Source of the DNA: Nannocystis sp. SCPEA4
GTDB taxonomy: Bacteria; Myxococcota_A; Polyangia; Nannocystales; Nannocystaceae
Assembly (NCBI RefSeq): GCF_026626685.1
Contig: NZ_JAPNJX010000021.1
Span: forward strand, 41,329-105,328
Direction of reading: 5' to 3'
Length of the DNA stretch: 64,000 nt
Of the stretch, positions 17,372-26,631 are shown piece by piece (position 1 is the first letter of the stretch; each line of letters begins with the position of its first letter). The notes under the pieces are model-generated. The model saw nothing but the letters and a program-made list of their open reading frames with translations, did not search any database and had not been told where the DNA came from. The position numbers and the translations under genes are program-made.

Positions 17372-18415
17372 GTGAGGACCAGCGTATCCCCGGCCCGTGA
17401 AGCTTGGTATAGGGCCGACGTGCCCCACGTCCCTGCCCTTTTGGCGCGACTGCGCGACGAGCCGCGCTACCTCGCCGCGCTGGCGGCGCTGCTGGTCGAC
17501 GAGGTCCTGGCAACACCGGCGCGTCGCTTGGTCGATCCGGTGCGGCTGACCCCGCTGCTCGTCACCGGCCTGCAGGCCGTCGCCGCCGCGCCCGGTCACG
17601 CGGCGTGGCTCGAGCAGCGCCTGCGCGACGCGCTCGGGCGGATCCGCCCGCGCCCGACCACGCTGCGGGCGCGGATCCCCGGCGATCTGCAGCCGCTGCT
17701 GCGCACCGTCGTCCGCCGGCCGTACACGCCGAGCCGCGCGCTCGTGCGGGCCGTCGTCGATCAGGCGACCACGCGCGACCTCTCGCGCACGATCCTCCAC
17801 ACCACCCTGCTCGACTTCGCCAAGAAGGTCGGCTCGATCTTGCCGGACACCAGCAAGATCCCCGGCGCCGGCGTGACCTCCAAGCTGTTCGGGGTCGCCA
17901 AGGGCGTCGCCTCGGTGGTCGGGCTCGACGCCTCGGTCGAGGAGCGCGTGCGCGGCTTCGTCGACGGGGCCGTCGGGCGCGTGATCGACATGATCGTCGA
18001 TCGCGTCAGCGACCCCAAGAACGCCGGCGACGGCGCGGCCTTCCGCGCCGACGTGCTGGCCTCGCTGCTCGAGCTGCCGGAGTCCGCCGTGCACGCCGAG
18101 TTGGTCAAGCTCGACCCGGCGGTGGTCGCCGCCGACCTCCACGCCGCCCTCGTCGGGCTCGCCGCGTGGGACCGCCTGCCGGTCGAGATCGAGGCCGCGC
18201 TGACGGAGGTCGTGAACGGCCTCGGCGACGCGACCATCGGCGAGCTGCTGGCCGGCTCGGGCGAGGTCGAGGCGTGGCGCGGCGCGGTCGAGGCCGAGCT
18301 GGCGCTCCACCTCGGGCACGCGTTCGCCGGCGAGCGCTTCGCGGCGTGGCTGGGACATCTGGTCGAAGGGACATTGCCGGAAGCGCAGGTCCCCGCGGAC
18401 AGCCCGACGACGTGA
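17372..18415 (+). CDS. Hypothetical protein
   Basis: 347 aa ORF with good GC3 bias. No recognisable motif. The 3' end overlaps a ~50 bp tandem duplication. Confidence 0.4.
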   Translation: MRTSVSPAREAWYRADVPHVPALLARLRDEPRYLAALAALLVDEVLATPARRLVDPVRLTPLLVTGLQAVAAAPGHAAWLEQRLRDALGRIRPRPTTLRARIPGDLQPLLRTVVRRPYTPSRALVRAVVDQATTRDLSRTILHTTLLDFAKKVGSILPDTSKIPGAGVTSKLFGVAKGVASVVGLDASVEERVRGFVDGAVGRVIDMIVDRVSDPKNAGDGAAFRADVLASLLELPESAVHAELVKLDPAVVAADLHAALVGLAAWDRLPVEIEAALTEVVNGLGDATIGELLAGSGEVEAWRGAVEAELALHLGHAFAGERFAAWLGHLVEGTLPEAQVPADSPTT

Positions 18416-18495
18416 GCGACGCGCTGGGGGAACCCGGCTGCAGGGACATTGCCCCAAGCGCAGGTCCCTTCGCACAGCCCGTCGACGTGAGCAGC
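18345..18495. repeat. Tandem duplication (~50 bp x2) containing GGGACAT half-sites
   Basis: gggacattgccggaagcgcaggtccccgcggacagcccgacgacgtgagc / gggacattgccccaagcgcaggtcccttcgcacagcccgtcgacgtgagc. Confidence 0.6.
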
Positions 18496-18535
18496 GGGTG
18501 CTCAAGGGCCTGGTCGACGGGCTACCGCAAGCCGT

Positions 18536-20935
18536 TCACGCTCCGGCGGCCTGGGCCACCTCGCCGAGCGGGCGGGCGCGGCCGATCGCCGGGTCGGCCG
18601 ACGCGAGCTCCTCGTAGGCCTCCGGGTTGGCCTGCTTGAGCGCCCCGCCGGGCGCGTCGGCGGTGCCGATGAGCTCGCGGATCCCGCGGGCCGATCCGTA
18701 GTAGTTGCCGTTGTTGTGGTCCTCGTCGCTGTTGCAGCGGCGGATCAGCGAGCGTGACAGGCGCGGCAGGTGCAGCATGTCGAGCGCCATCTCCCACAGA
18801 CCGTCGACGAAGTTCTGATCGGCCGGGAACTCGAGCAGGCCCGCGAGCAGGAGCAGCAGCCCGGCGCGCTGGCCGAGCGGCGTGTCGAGCGGGGCGGCGT
18901 CGCCGAGGTAGCCGAGGTCGATCGCGCGCCACCACGCCTCGGCGCCGACCAGCAGGCGCTTCAGCTCCTGCGCGCTGTGGCTGAGGTGGCTGTGGAACAG
19001 CACGTCGGCCGTCAGCGCCTCGCCGGCGGGGTCGCGGACGTAGCGGACCACCGCGGGCAGGCGCCCCAGCTCGCCGCGCGGGCCCTTGCCGGCCGGCACG
19101 TCGCGCGGGGGCTCGGCGCCGCTGAAGAAGCCGCCGGCCCGGAACGCGTAGAGGATCTCGGCCTGCCCCGGCAAGCTGTCCCAAAGTTCAGAGTACTGCG
19201 TGACCCGGTTGAGGCTGCCGGCGGCCCAGCCGAGCCCGCGCGCTGCGTCGCCGCTGATCTGCGACGGCGAGGCCCCGGGGTCGCGCGGGACGGCCGAGTC
19301 CTTGAGGCTCTCGGCGATCTCGACCAGGCGGAAGTCGAGGAAGCCGTCGTAGTAGTCGGCCTTGCCGTCGCGGTTGATGTCCTGGTAGCGCGCGACCACC
19401 AGCGGGTGGGCCGGGCCGATGAACTGCACGAAGTCCGGCGTGCGGCTCTGGCGGTGGTGCCACTGGGCCTTGCGGATCCGCTGGTCGATCGCCGCGAAGT
19501 CCTCCTCCTCGGCGAGCCCGCGCAGGATCGCCACGAAACAGTCGATGCCCTCGGACGCGACCACCTTGTCGTGCTCGCCGGTGCGGAAGTACGTCGAGTC
19601 CCAGCTCGAGAAGATGTCGGCGTCGGGGAACATGCGGGCGATGGCGAAACGCGTGGTCAGGCCGGCGCACTGGCAGTTCATCATCAGCTTGTAGCCGACC
19701 TGCTGGGTCTGGATCGCCGAGGCGCGCATGTCGTAGGCGCCGAGGTTGGCGTGGCGGCTGACCAAAAGGCCAGTGAAGAACTCCTGCGACATCTCGAAGT
19801 TCTCGTCGCGCGGCGAGGCCGAGCGGGCGAACACCACGATCTCGCGCCCGCCCTTGCCGACGAACGGCGCCTGCAGCACCTCGTAGCCGTCGCCCCACAT
19901 GTTCGGCGGCTTCGGCGTGCCCTCCGGCGCGGCGATCTTGGTGAAGCCGTATTTGGTCTGCAGCAGCTCGACCTCGCCGGGGAAGAACTCGGCCGCCGAG
20001 GCGAGCGCGAACCGCCACGGGCCGGACAGCTCGGCGTACGGCGGGGCCTGCCGCGACAGCGAGCGCAGCAGCGCCTGCGCGCGCGTCTGCTGCTCGGGGC
20101 GCAGGGCCGGGCCGCGCAGCGACAGCAGCGAGATCGCGTGCGCCCGCAGCTCGCTGCGCCCGCCGGGCCCGGCCTCCTCGTCGACCAGCCGGAAGATGCG
20201 CTCGGCGGCCGCGTCGGCGGCGGCGCGGAACTCGGGGTCCTTGAGCGCGGTGGCGACCACGTGGGACAGCACCGTCAGCGCCGCCGAGCGCAGCTGCACC
20301 GCGTCGTCGACCGCCGCGTTGGGCCCGCCCGGGGCCGCGGCCGCGAGCACGGCCTCGACCTGCCCGAGCAGCGCCCCGGCCTGGCTCGGCGTGAGCCGCT
20401 CGGTCCGCAGCGGCTCGTCGGGGAAGAACGCGCTCGGCGGGAACAGGCACTCGAAGCTCGACGTCCGCCGGGCCGAGATCCAGCGCGCCGCGGCGACGAA
20501 CACCGGCAGAGCGGACATGTCCTTCAGGGCAGGTCCGGCGGCGTCGCCGGCCAGCTCGCCGCTCGGCAGCAGGAACAGGGGCGCCGCGCCGTGGATACCC
20601 GCGGTCAGATCGAGCGCGGCCGCCGGCGGCTCGGGCCTGTCCTGAAGACCCTGTCCCGAGAGACTGGCGAGGCGCTGACGGACGGCGCGGCGGCCGGGGA
20701 AGTCGAGCAGGATCTTCTGGCCGACGGCGGACAGCAGCAGCGCCCTGTCGGCGGCCGAGGGCTCGCCGGCGAGGGTGAGGTGGTAGTTGCGCTCGCCGGT
20801 GAGGTGGAGCTGCACGCCGGCGCCGCTGCGGGCGCGCTCGAAGCTGCGGGTGGCCGTGCTGCCCGACTTGACGAGGACGGCGGCGAAGCGCGGCGCCTGG
20901 TCGCCGCGCCCGATCCGAATTTCGACTTCCTTCAT
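18536..20935 (-). CDS. Large hypothetical protein (~800 aa)
   Basis: GGAGGGG Shine-Dalgarno 7 nt upstream of the ATG at 20935. Long GC3-biased ORF lying downstream of the NtrC-type regulator. No recognised domain. Confidence 0.5.
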   Translation of the reverse strand: MKEVEIRIGRGDQAPRFAAVLVKSGSTATRSFERARSGAGVQLHLTGERNYHLTLAGEPSAADRALLLSAVGQKILLDFPGRRAVRQRLASLSGQGLQDRPEPPAAALDLTAGIHGAAPLFLLPSGELAGDAAGPALKDMSALPVFVAAARWISARRTSSFECLFPPSAFFPDEPLRTERLTPSQAGALLGQVEAVLAAAAPGGPNAAVDDAVQLRSAALTVLSHVVATALKDPEFRAAADAAAERIFRLVDEEAGPGGRSELRAHAISLLSLRGPALRPEQQTRAQALLRSLSRQAPPYAELSGPWRFALASAAEFFPGEVELLQTKYGFTKIAAPEGTPKPPNMWGDGYEVLQAPFVGKGGREIVVFARSASPRDENFEMSQEFFTGLLVSRHANLGAYDMRASAIQTQQVGYKLMMNCQCAGLTTRFAIARMFPDADIFSSWDSTYFRTGEHDKVVASEGIDCFVAILRGLAEEEDFAAIDQRIRKAQWHHRQSRTPDFVQFIGPAHPLVVARYQDINRDGKADYYDGFLDFRLVEIAESLKDSAVPRDPGASPSQISGDAARGLGWAAGSLNRVTQYSELWDSLPGQAEILYAFRAGGFFSGAEPPRDVPAGKGPRGELGRLPAVVRYVRDPAGEALTADVLFHSHLSHSAQELKRLLVGAEAWWRAIDLGYLGDAAPLDTPLGQRAGLLLLLAGLLEFPADQNFVDGLWEMALDMLHLPRLSRSLIRRCNSDEDHNNGNYYGSARGIRELIGTADAPGGALKQANPEAYEELASADPAIGRARPLGEVAQAAGA

Positions 20936-21098
20936 GTCAGCCCCTCCGAGAGGCAGCGATCGTAGCACGGGGCCACGACCGGCCCTGGGAGCGCACCAGG
21001 GCGCGCCCGCGCGCGGCGGGGATGGAGCGAACGAAGATGTCCTTTCGGACAGGCGTTCACCCGCGCGAGGACATGCATCGCGCGGTTCGATGTTCCGA

Positions 21099-22520
21099 CT
21101 ACTTCAGCGCGCCGCGATGGGCGTGCGGTTCCGGCGGAACGGGGGGCATCCCCGCCTGCGGAGCGACGCGGTACTCGTTGAGGCGGTACTGGATCTTGCG
21201 CGGCGAGATCCCGAGGATCTTGGCCGCCTTGCTGGTGCTGCCGCCGACGTGCTCGAGCGTCCGCAGGATGGCGTAGCGCTCGATCTCTCGCAGCGACGCG
21301 CCGGGGATGACCGGCGCGGAGTCGTCTCCGCGCATCTTCGACATCAGCTCGCGCGGCAGGTCGCGCGGCTCGACCTCGGTGCCGCGCGCGAGCACCACCG
21401 CCCGCTCGACGCTGTTCTCGAGCTGACGGATGTTGTCGGGCCAGTCGCAGCCGAGCAGCACGCCGAGCGCCCGCTCGCTGAAGCCGACCACCGGGCGGTG
21501 CGCCTGGGCGGCGAACTGGCGCAGGAAGTACATCGCCAGCAGCGGGATGTCGTCCCGGCGCTCGCGCAGCGACGGCATGCGCAGGCTGACGACGTTGAGG
21601 CGGTAATAGAGGTCCTCGCGCAGGCGGCCGTCCTGCTTCGCCGCGCCGATCTCGTGGCTCGTGGCCGCGATCACGCGCACGTCGGCGTGCAGTGGTTCGC
21701 TGTCGCCGACGCGACAGAACCCTCGCTCTTGCAGGAAGCGCAGCAGCGCGGCCTGGACCCCGTGCGGCAGCTCGTCGACGTCGGCGAGGAAGAGCGTGCC
21801 ACCGTCGGCCTCGCGCAGCCGACCCTCGCGCAGCACGGCGCCGCCGTCGCGCACGCCGAACAGCTCGCGCGCGCAGGCCTCGTCGGTGAAGCCGCTGCAC
21901 TGCAGGCTGACGAACGGGCCGCGTCGCCCGCTCCAATGATGGATGAGGCGCGCGAGGTGTTGCTTGCCGGTGCCGCGCTCGCCGGTGACGAGCACCGACA
22001 CCGGCGAGTCGGCGACCTGCCGCGCCAGGCCGAGGAGGTCGCGGAACACCTTCGACTGGCCGATCACGCCGGTGCGCTGGTCGGCGCGCTGACTCTCGAG
22101 CGCCGAGCGCAGATGCCTCGCCTCGCGCTGCAGCGCGCGGTGACGCAGGACCCGCTGCAACACGATCAGCAGCTGCGGAAGATCGACGGGCTTGCTCAGG
22201 TAATCGTCGGCGCCGAGATGGAGCGCCTCGACCGCGCCCTCGACCGAGCCAAAAGCGGTCATCACGACGACAGCGACGTCAGGGTAGATTTCACGGAGCT
22301 TGGATATGAGCTCCAGACCGTTGAGACCCGGCATCTTCACGTCGGTGATCACGACGTCCGGTTCCCACTGATCGACCCGTCCGAGCGCCTTGTAACCGTC
22401 GGCGGCGGACTGGACCTCATAACCTTCCTCTCGCAGCAACTCGCTCAACGCTGATCGAGCGCTCGACTCGTCATCGACCACCAAAATTCGGGTCGGCCTG
22501 GGCTCTTCAAAGTTCGTCAT
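21099..22520 (-). CDS. Sigma54-dependent response regulator (NtrC family)
   Basis: Receiver ILVVDDE...DVVITDVKMPGLNG. AAA+ sigma54-interaction domain with GERGTGKQHLA and the GAFTGA-equivalent. C-terminal Fis-type HTH. Confidence 0.85.
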   Translation of the reverse strand: MTNFEEPRPTRILVVDDESSARSALSELLREEGYEVQSAADGYKALGRVDQWEPDVVITDVKMPGLNGLELISKLREIYPDVAVVVMTAFGSVEGAVEALHLGADDYLSKPVDLPQLLIVLQRVLRHRALQREARHLRSALESQRADQRTGVIGQSKVFRDLLGLARQVADSPVSVLVTGERGTGKQHLARLIHHWSGRRGPFVSLQCSGFTDEACARELFGVRDGGAVLREGRLREADGGTLFLADVDELPHGVQAALLRFLQERGFCRVGDSEPLHADVRVIAATSHEIGAAKQDGRLREDLYYRLNVVSLRMPSLRERRDDIPLLAMYFLRQFAAQAHRPVVGFSERALGVLLGCDWPDNIRQLENSVERAVVLARGTEVEPRDLPRELMSKMRGDDSAPVIPGASLREIERYAILRTLEHVGGSTSKAAKILGISPRKIQYRLNEYRVAPQAGMPPVPPEPHAHRGALK

Positions 22521-22583
22521 AGGCGGTACCTCCGCGGGCTTCGCCTACTCTGCGGGCGGAAGATGCGCGGGTGTAATGCATAC

Positions 22584-22601
22584 TTTGCGCGCTCGCGCAA
22601 A
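22584..22601. promoter_or_regulatory. Operator-like inverted repeat TTTGCGCG-N2-CGCGCAAA
   Basis: 8 bp perfect arms in the 160 bp gap between the gspN end and the regulator start. Confidence 0.25.
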
Positions 22602-22678
22602 CCCGCGACCCCCGCCGGGATCGTTTCTCCTATTGTTGCGGGGTTTTCCCCGCTGGCACGAGATCCGCAATCCCCCGG

Positions 22679-24229
22679 TCAACCGCCGGTGGGCGCGTCA
22701 CTCGTAGCCGCCGCCTCGCCCTCGCGCGGCGCTTCACCCTGCTGCTGGCCGTCCTGCTGCCCCTCGGGCATCCCCTGGCCATCCCCCTGGCCCTGGCCCT
22801 GACCACCCTCGGGAGGCGGCTCCTCGACCGGCGGCGGTTCGGCGGGCCGCTCCTCCGGCTGCGGCTGAGGTTCGGGCTCCGGCGGCGGCGGCAGCGTCGA
22901 CGGCATCGTCGACGGCGTCGGCGGCGGCTCGGCCGGCTCGGACGGCTCGGACGGACGGGCGTCGGCCTCCGGCATCTTGTTGTCCTTGTCGGGCCCGCCG
23001 GTGTCGCCGCCGACCTGCGGCCCCTGGTTGCGCTCGAGCGCGTCCTCGGGCGACTCGCTCTTCTTGGTCGAGCGCGCCTTGCTGCGGGCCTTGCGGGCCG
23101 CGTCGCGCTCGGCATTCTTCTGCCGCCGCTCGAGCATGCGCTCCTCGGCGGTCTTGCTCTTGATGCCCATGAAGCGCGGCTTGCCGACGGTGCCGCGCAG
23201 CTTGAAGCCCAGCCAGCCGTCGTCGGGCGGATCCATCTTCGACGACGGACCGGCCGTCTGGACCGCGAAGCGCAGCGTCTCGCTCTTGTCCTGCAGCGCC
23301 TGCGTGACCAGCAGCTTCATCTGGAACGCGAACTCGGACTTCGAGAACGGGTCCTTCAGCGGCATGTCGCCGGTGACCTCGAGCTCGATGTCGGCGCTCT
23401 TGGTCTTGAAGTCCTCGACGGTGACCCTGCCCTCCGCCACCTTCAGCTTGCCGATCAGCGTGCCGAGGTCGATCTCGGGGATCGTGATGCCCTTGGCGGT
23501 GATGCCCGACGAGCCGGGGATGAACAGCAGCTCCTCGCCGTCGCCGATGGTGCACGAGGCACACTCGAGCGAGATGCTGCCCTCGGCCTTCTCGAACAGG
23601 TTCTCCGGCATCGTCATGTCGACGTGCAGGGCGAACAGGCCGCGCAGCGGCGCGCCCAGGGCCTGCTGCATCTTCGGCACCGAGCCGAGCGGCAGCTCGG
23701 AGATGTCGATCTTGATGCTCGACTCGCTGCCGCTGCGCGCGTACTCGGCGTGGATCGGCGCCTCGTCGAGCACCGTGTCGACCTCGACGTCGAGGTTGCC
23801 GAGCAACATGTACTTGAGGACAGAGAAGTCGACGTGGACGCTGTCGAGCACCATCTGGTGCGGGATCTGGCCCGGGTGCGACGGCGCGTAGGTCCACGTG
23901 ACGTTGTAGAGCGTCGCGCTGCCCCACGGCCGCACCGACATGTCCTCGATGTCGATCAGGTAGCCGGCGTTGCGCGCCTGCTGGCCGATCCGCCAGGCGA
24001 GCGCGCGGGTCGGCAGGCTGATCCAGATGAAGGTGAAGAACACGAACACGGCCAGGAACACCCAGCCGGCGGAGCTGCGGAGGCGGCGCGACAGCAGGCG
24101 CAGGCGATCGCCGAGGCCGCCGATCGGGGTCGCGGGCGCGATGAGTGTGCCGCTCGGCGCCGGTGCGGCCGGGGGCGCCGCGTCGCCGCCGCGGCGCAGG
24201 CTGGCGAGGTTGGGCAGGCGGATCTTCAC
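22679..24229 (-). CDS. gspN: Type II secretion system protein GspN-like
   Basis: Last gene of the gsp operon. GTG start overlaps the gspM stop. N-terminal TM segment (WVFLAVFVFFTFIWISL), large periplasmic domain, acidic Pro/Gln-rich tail. Confidence 0.5.
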   Translation of the reverse strand: MKIRLPNLASLRRGGDAAPPAAPAPSGTLIAPATPIGGLGDRLRLLSRRLRSSAGWVFLAVFVFFTFIWISLPTRALAWRIGQQARNAGYLIDIEDMSVRPWGSATLYNVTWTYAPSHPGQIPHQMVLDSVHVDFSVLKYMLLGNLDVEVDTVLDEAPIHAEYARSGSESSIKIDISELPLGSVPKMQQALGAPLRGLFALHVDMTMPENLFEKAEGSISLECASCTIGDGEELLFIPGSSGITAKGITIPEIDLGTLIGKLKVAEGRVTVEDFKTKSADIELEVTGDMPLKDPFSKSEFAFQMKLLVTQALQDKSETLRFAVQTAGPSSKMDPPDDGWLGFKLRGTVGKPRFMGIKSKTAEERMLERRQKNAERDAARKARSKARSTKKSESPEDALERNQGPQVGGDTGGPDKDNKMPEADARPSEPSEPAEPPPTPSTMPSTLPPPPEPEPQPQPEERPAEPPPVEEPPPEGGQGQGQGDGQGMPEGQQDGQQQGEAPREGEAAATSDAPTGG

Positions 24230-24831
24230 GACTCTCCCTCCTCGGCGGCCGCCGGCGCGGCGACCTCTTCTTGCTTCTGCAGCTCCCAGGTGGCGAGCTC
24301 CACCTCGGCGTTGAGGCGGTCCTCGAGCGCCGACGGCGAGCGCAGCATCAGCCGCTCGACGAACAGGATGTTGCCCGGCTGCGCCTCGAGCTTGGCGAGG
24401 AAGTTCAGCAGCTCCTCGAGCGCGACGTTGCGGACCTCGAACGCGACCACGGTCTTGATCAGGCCCTTGTCGTCGACGGCGACCGGCGGGCGCACCTCTT
24501 CGCCGCGCAGCGTGCCGGTGACGAGGTCCTTCTGGGCCTCCTCGAGCAGGATGGAGAACACGATCGGCTGCGCGTTGGCGATCTTGGCCTCGCGCGCCTC
24601 CTTCTCCTTCTTCTTGGTGTCGTACGCGGTGCCCTTGGTGCGCACGAGCGCCAGGCCCTCGCGCAGCTCGGCGATCTCGGCGCGGGCGGTGTCGAACGAG
24701 CTCTTGCGCATCATGAACAGCACGCCGACCGCGGTGACGAAGAACACCAGCATCAGCACGCCGAGCAGCGCCCGCTCCCGCGGGTTGAAGCGGGACATGA
24801 ACCCGAACAGGGTGGAGTCGATGGCGCTCAC
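24226..24831 (-). CDS. gspM: Type II secretion system protein GspM
   Basis: ~200 aa bitopic protein (LLGVLMLVFFVTAVGVLFMM) placed between gspL and gspN. GTGA overlap with gspL. Confidence 0.55.
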   Translation of the reverse strand: MSAIDSTLFGFMSRFNPRERALLGVLMLVFFVTAVGVLFMMRKSSFDTARAEIAELREGLALVRTKGTAYDTKKKEKEAREAKIANAQPIVFSILLEEAQKDLVTGTLRGEEVRPPVAVDDKGLIKTVVAFEVRNVALEELLNFLAKLEAQPGNILFVERLMLRSPSALEDRLNAEVELATWELQKQEEVAAPAAAEEGES

Positions 24832-26591
24832 GAGTCGGCCTCCGTGCTGGCAAAGCAGTCGTGCTCGATGGTCGGGTCGAACACCTTCTTCATGCCCTCG
24901 TCGCGCACCTTGGCGGTGGGGAACGGGACGACGCAGGGCAGCGCCTGCAGCAGCTTGGTCTTGAACCGCTCCTGCGCCGACGAGCGCGTGGCCGAGGCCC
25001 GGAACTGGATCGCGCGCGGCCGGATCTCGATCAGCGACAGCACGAACTCGTCGTCCCACTGCAGGCCGGCCGTCGGATCGACCGAGGGCAGCTGGACGGT
25101 GGTCGGGCCCGCGGGCGTGGTGCCCGAGCCGTCGGACGACTCGGGGCTGCCGGTGCCCTCCTCGCCCATCACCGGCGCCGGCACCGGCGGCGGCTTCGCG
25201 CCGCTCGGCGTGGCCGCCTTGACGAACCCGGCCAACACGTCGAGCGCACCGCGGGCCGGGATGAGCTTGGTGATGTCGCGGCCGTCGACGGCGTTGAGGC
25301 GCTCCTCGATCTCGGCCTTGGAGGTGAGCGTCTCGCCGAACACCTTGTTGCTGGCCACGCCGAGCTCTTCCTCGTAGGCGAGGCGCTCCGCCTCGAGGGC
25401 GCTCATGCCGACCACGGTGTCGACGACGCCGAACGCGAGGATGGCGAAGCCGAGCGCGGCGACGGTGGCGATCCGCTCGGCGATCCAGCTGCCGTCGCTG
25501 CCGCGCTGCACCGCGGCGTCCTTGTGCAGCTGGATCAGCGGCCGGCGAGCGCAGCCGACCGCGCCGCCGAGCGCGGCGCACGTGGCCGTCCAGTCATGTC
25601 CCGCAAGACCTTTCAGCCCGAGACTCTCGCGTGGGCGGGCGCGCTCGGTCGGCAGCCCGAGCTGCTCGGCGAGGTAGGCGTCGAGGCCGCGCAGGTTGGC
25701 CCCGCCGCCCGACAGGCGCAGCTGCACGACCTCGCTGCCGAACTCGGCGCGCAGCCACATGCGCGTGTGCTCGATCTCCCGCACCACCGGCTCGAGCGCG
25801 CGGGCCACGAGCGTCGCCGACTCGAGCTGCTCGGCGCTGAGGTCGCCCTGGCCGCGGTGGGGCAGGAACGCGTTGGCCCGCTTGGCCGCCTCGGCGTCGG
25901 CGTCGCTGAGCTGGTAGCGCTGCTGCAGCGCGCGCGTGACGTGCACGCCGCCGCGGCGGAGCATGCGGGCCGCGACCGGGCCCTTGGACCCGAACGCGAC
26001 CAGGTCGGTCGTCGCGTGGCCGATGTCGAGGCCGAGGACCACCGGCGTGCGAGCGTCGGCGGGCGCGCCCTTGGCCGGCTCGGGCAGGTCGGCGGTGAGC
26101 ACCTGCGCGGTCGCCAGCACGTCGACGGTGATGAGCTTGAGGTCGATCGTCGCCGCCTTGAACGCGGCCTGCACCTGGTCGATGGCCGAGCGACGCACCG
26201 CGACGGCGAGCGCCTGACCGCCGCCACCCGCGGCCGTCGCGGGCACGTGGTCGAGCTCGAGGTTCTCGAGCGGGACCGGGAACTGGCCCTCGGCCTCGAA
26301 CGCGATCGCCTGGGCGATCCGGCGCGGGTCGTTGAACGGGAACTTGAACACGCGATAGGCGGCGAAGCTGCCCGGCAGCACCACGCCGATCGGGTAGTGG
26401 TTCCAGCCGCGGCGGCGCAGCACGCTGATGCCGATGTCGAGCGCGGCGGCCAGCGAGGTGTCGCCCTGCGGCGCGAGCGTGACCGGCTCGACGACCACAT
26501 CGAGCACCTGGATGGTGCGCAGGCCGGCGTTGATGAGCACGGCCTTGACTTCGGAGGTGCCGAGGTCGAGTCCTACGTACTTCTGAGCCAC
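24828..26591 (-). CDS. gspL: Type II secretion system protein GspL (PilM/actin-like N-domain)
   Basis: MAQKYVGLDLGTSEVKAVL actin-like ATPase fold start. Central TM segment. Operon position after gspK. Confidence 0.6.
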   Translation of the reverse strand: MAQKYVGLDLGTSEVKAVLINAGLRTIQVLDVVVEPVTLAPQGDTSLAAALDIGISVLRRRGWNHYPIGVVLPGSFAAYRVFKFPFNDPRRIAQAIAFEAEGQFPVPLENLELDHVPATAAGGGGQALAVAVRRSAIDQVQAAFKAATIDLKLITVDVLATAQVLTADLPEPAKGAPADARTPVVLGLDIGHATTDLVAFGSKGPVAARMLRRGGVHVTRALQQRYQLSDADAEAAKRANAFLPHRGQGDLSAEQLESATLVARALEPVVREIEHTRMWLRAEFGSEVVQLRLSGGGANLRGLDAYLAEQLGLPTERARPRESLGLKGLAGHDWTATCAALGGAVGCARRPLIQLHKDAAVQRGSDGSWIAERIATVAALGFAILAFGVVDTVVGMSALEAERLAYEEELGVASNKVFGETLTSKAEIEERLNAVDGRDITKLIPARGALDVLAGFVKAATPSGAKPPPVPAPVMGEEGTGSPESSDGSGTTPAGPTTVQLPSVDPTAGLQWDDEFVLSLIEIRPRAIQFRASATRSSAQERFKTKLLQALPCVVPFPTAKVRDEGMKKVFDPTIEHDCFASTEADS

Positions 26592-26631
26592 GGGCTGCTG
26601 TCCTTGCGGTTGAAGATGGGAGCCATGGAGG

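Noticed and set aside
22521-22680. Sigma54 -24/-12 match (GG-N10-GC with TTTGC) upstream of the first regulator
   Set aside because: Only the GG and TTGC match. The -24 flanks are poor, which is too weak to call.
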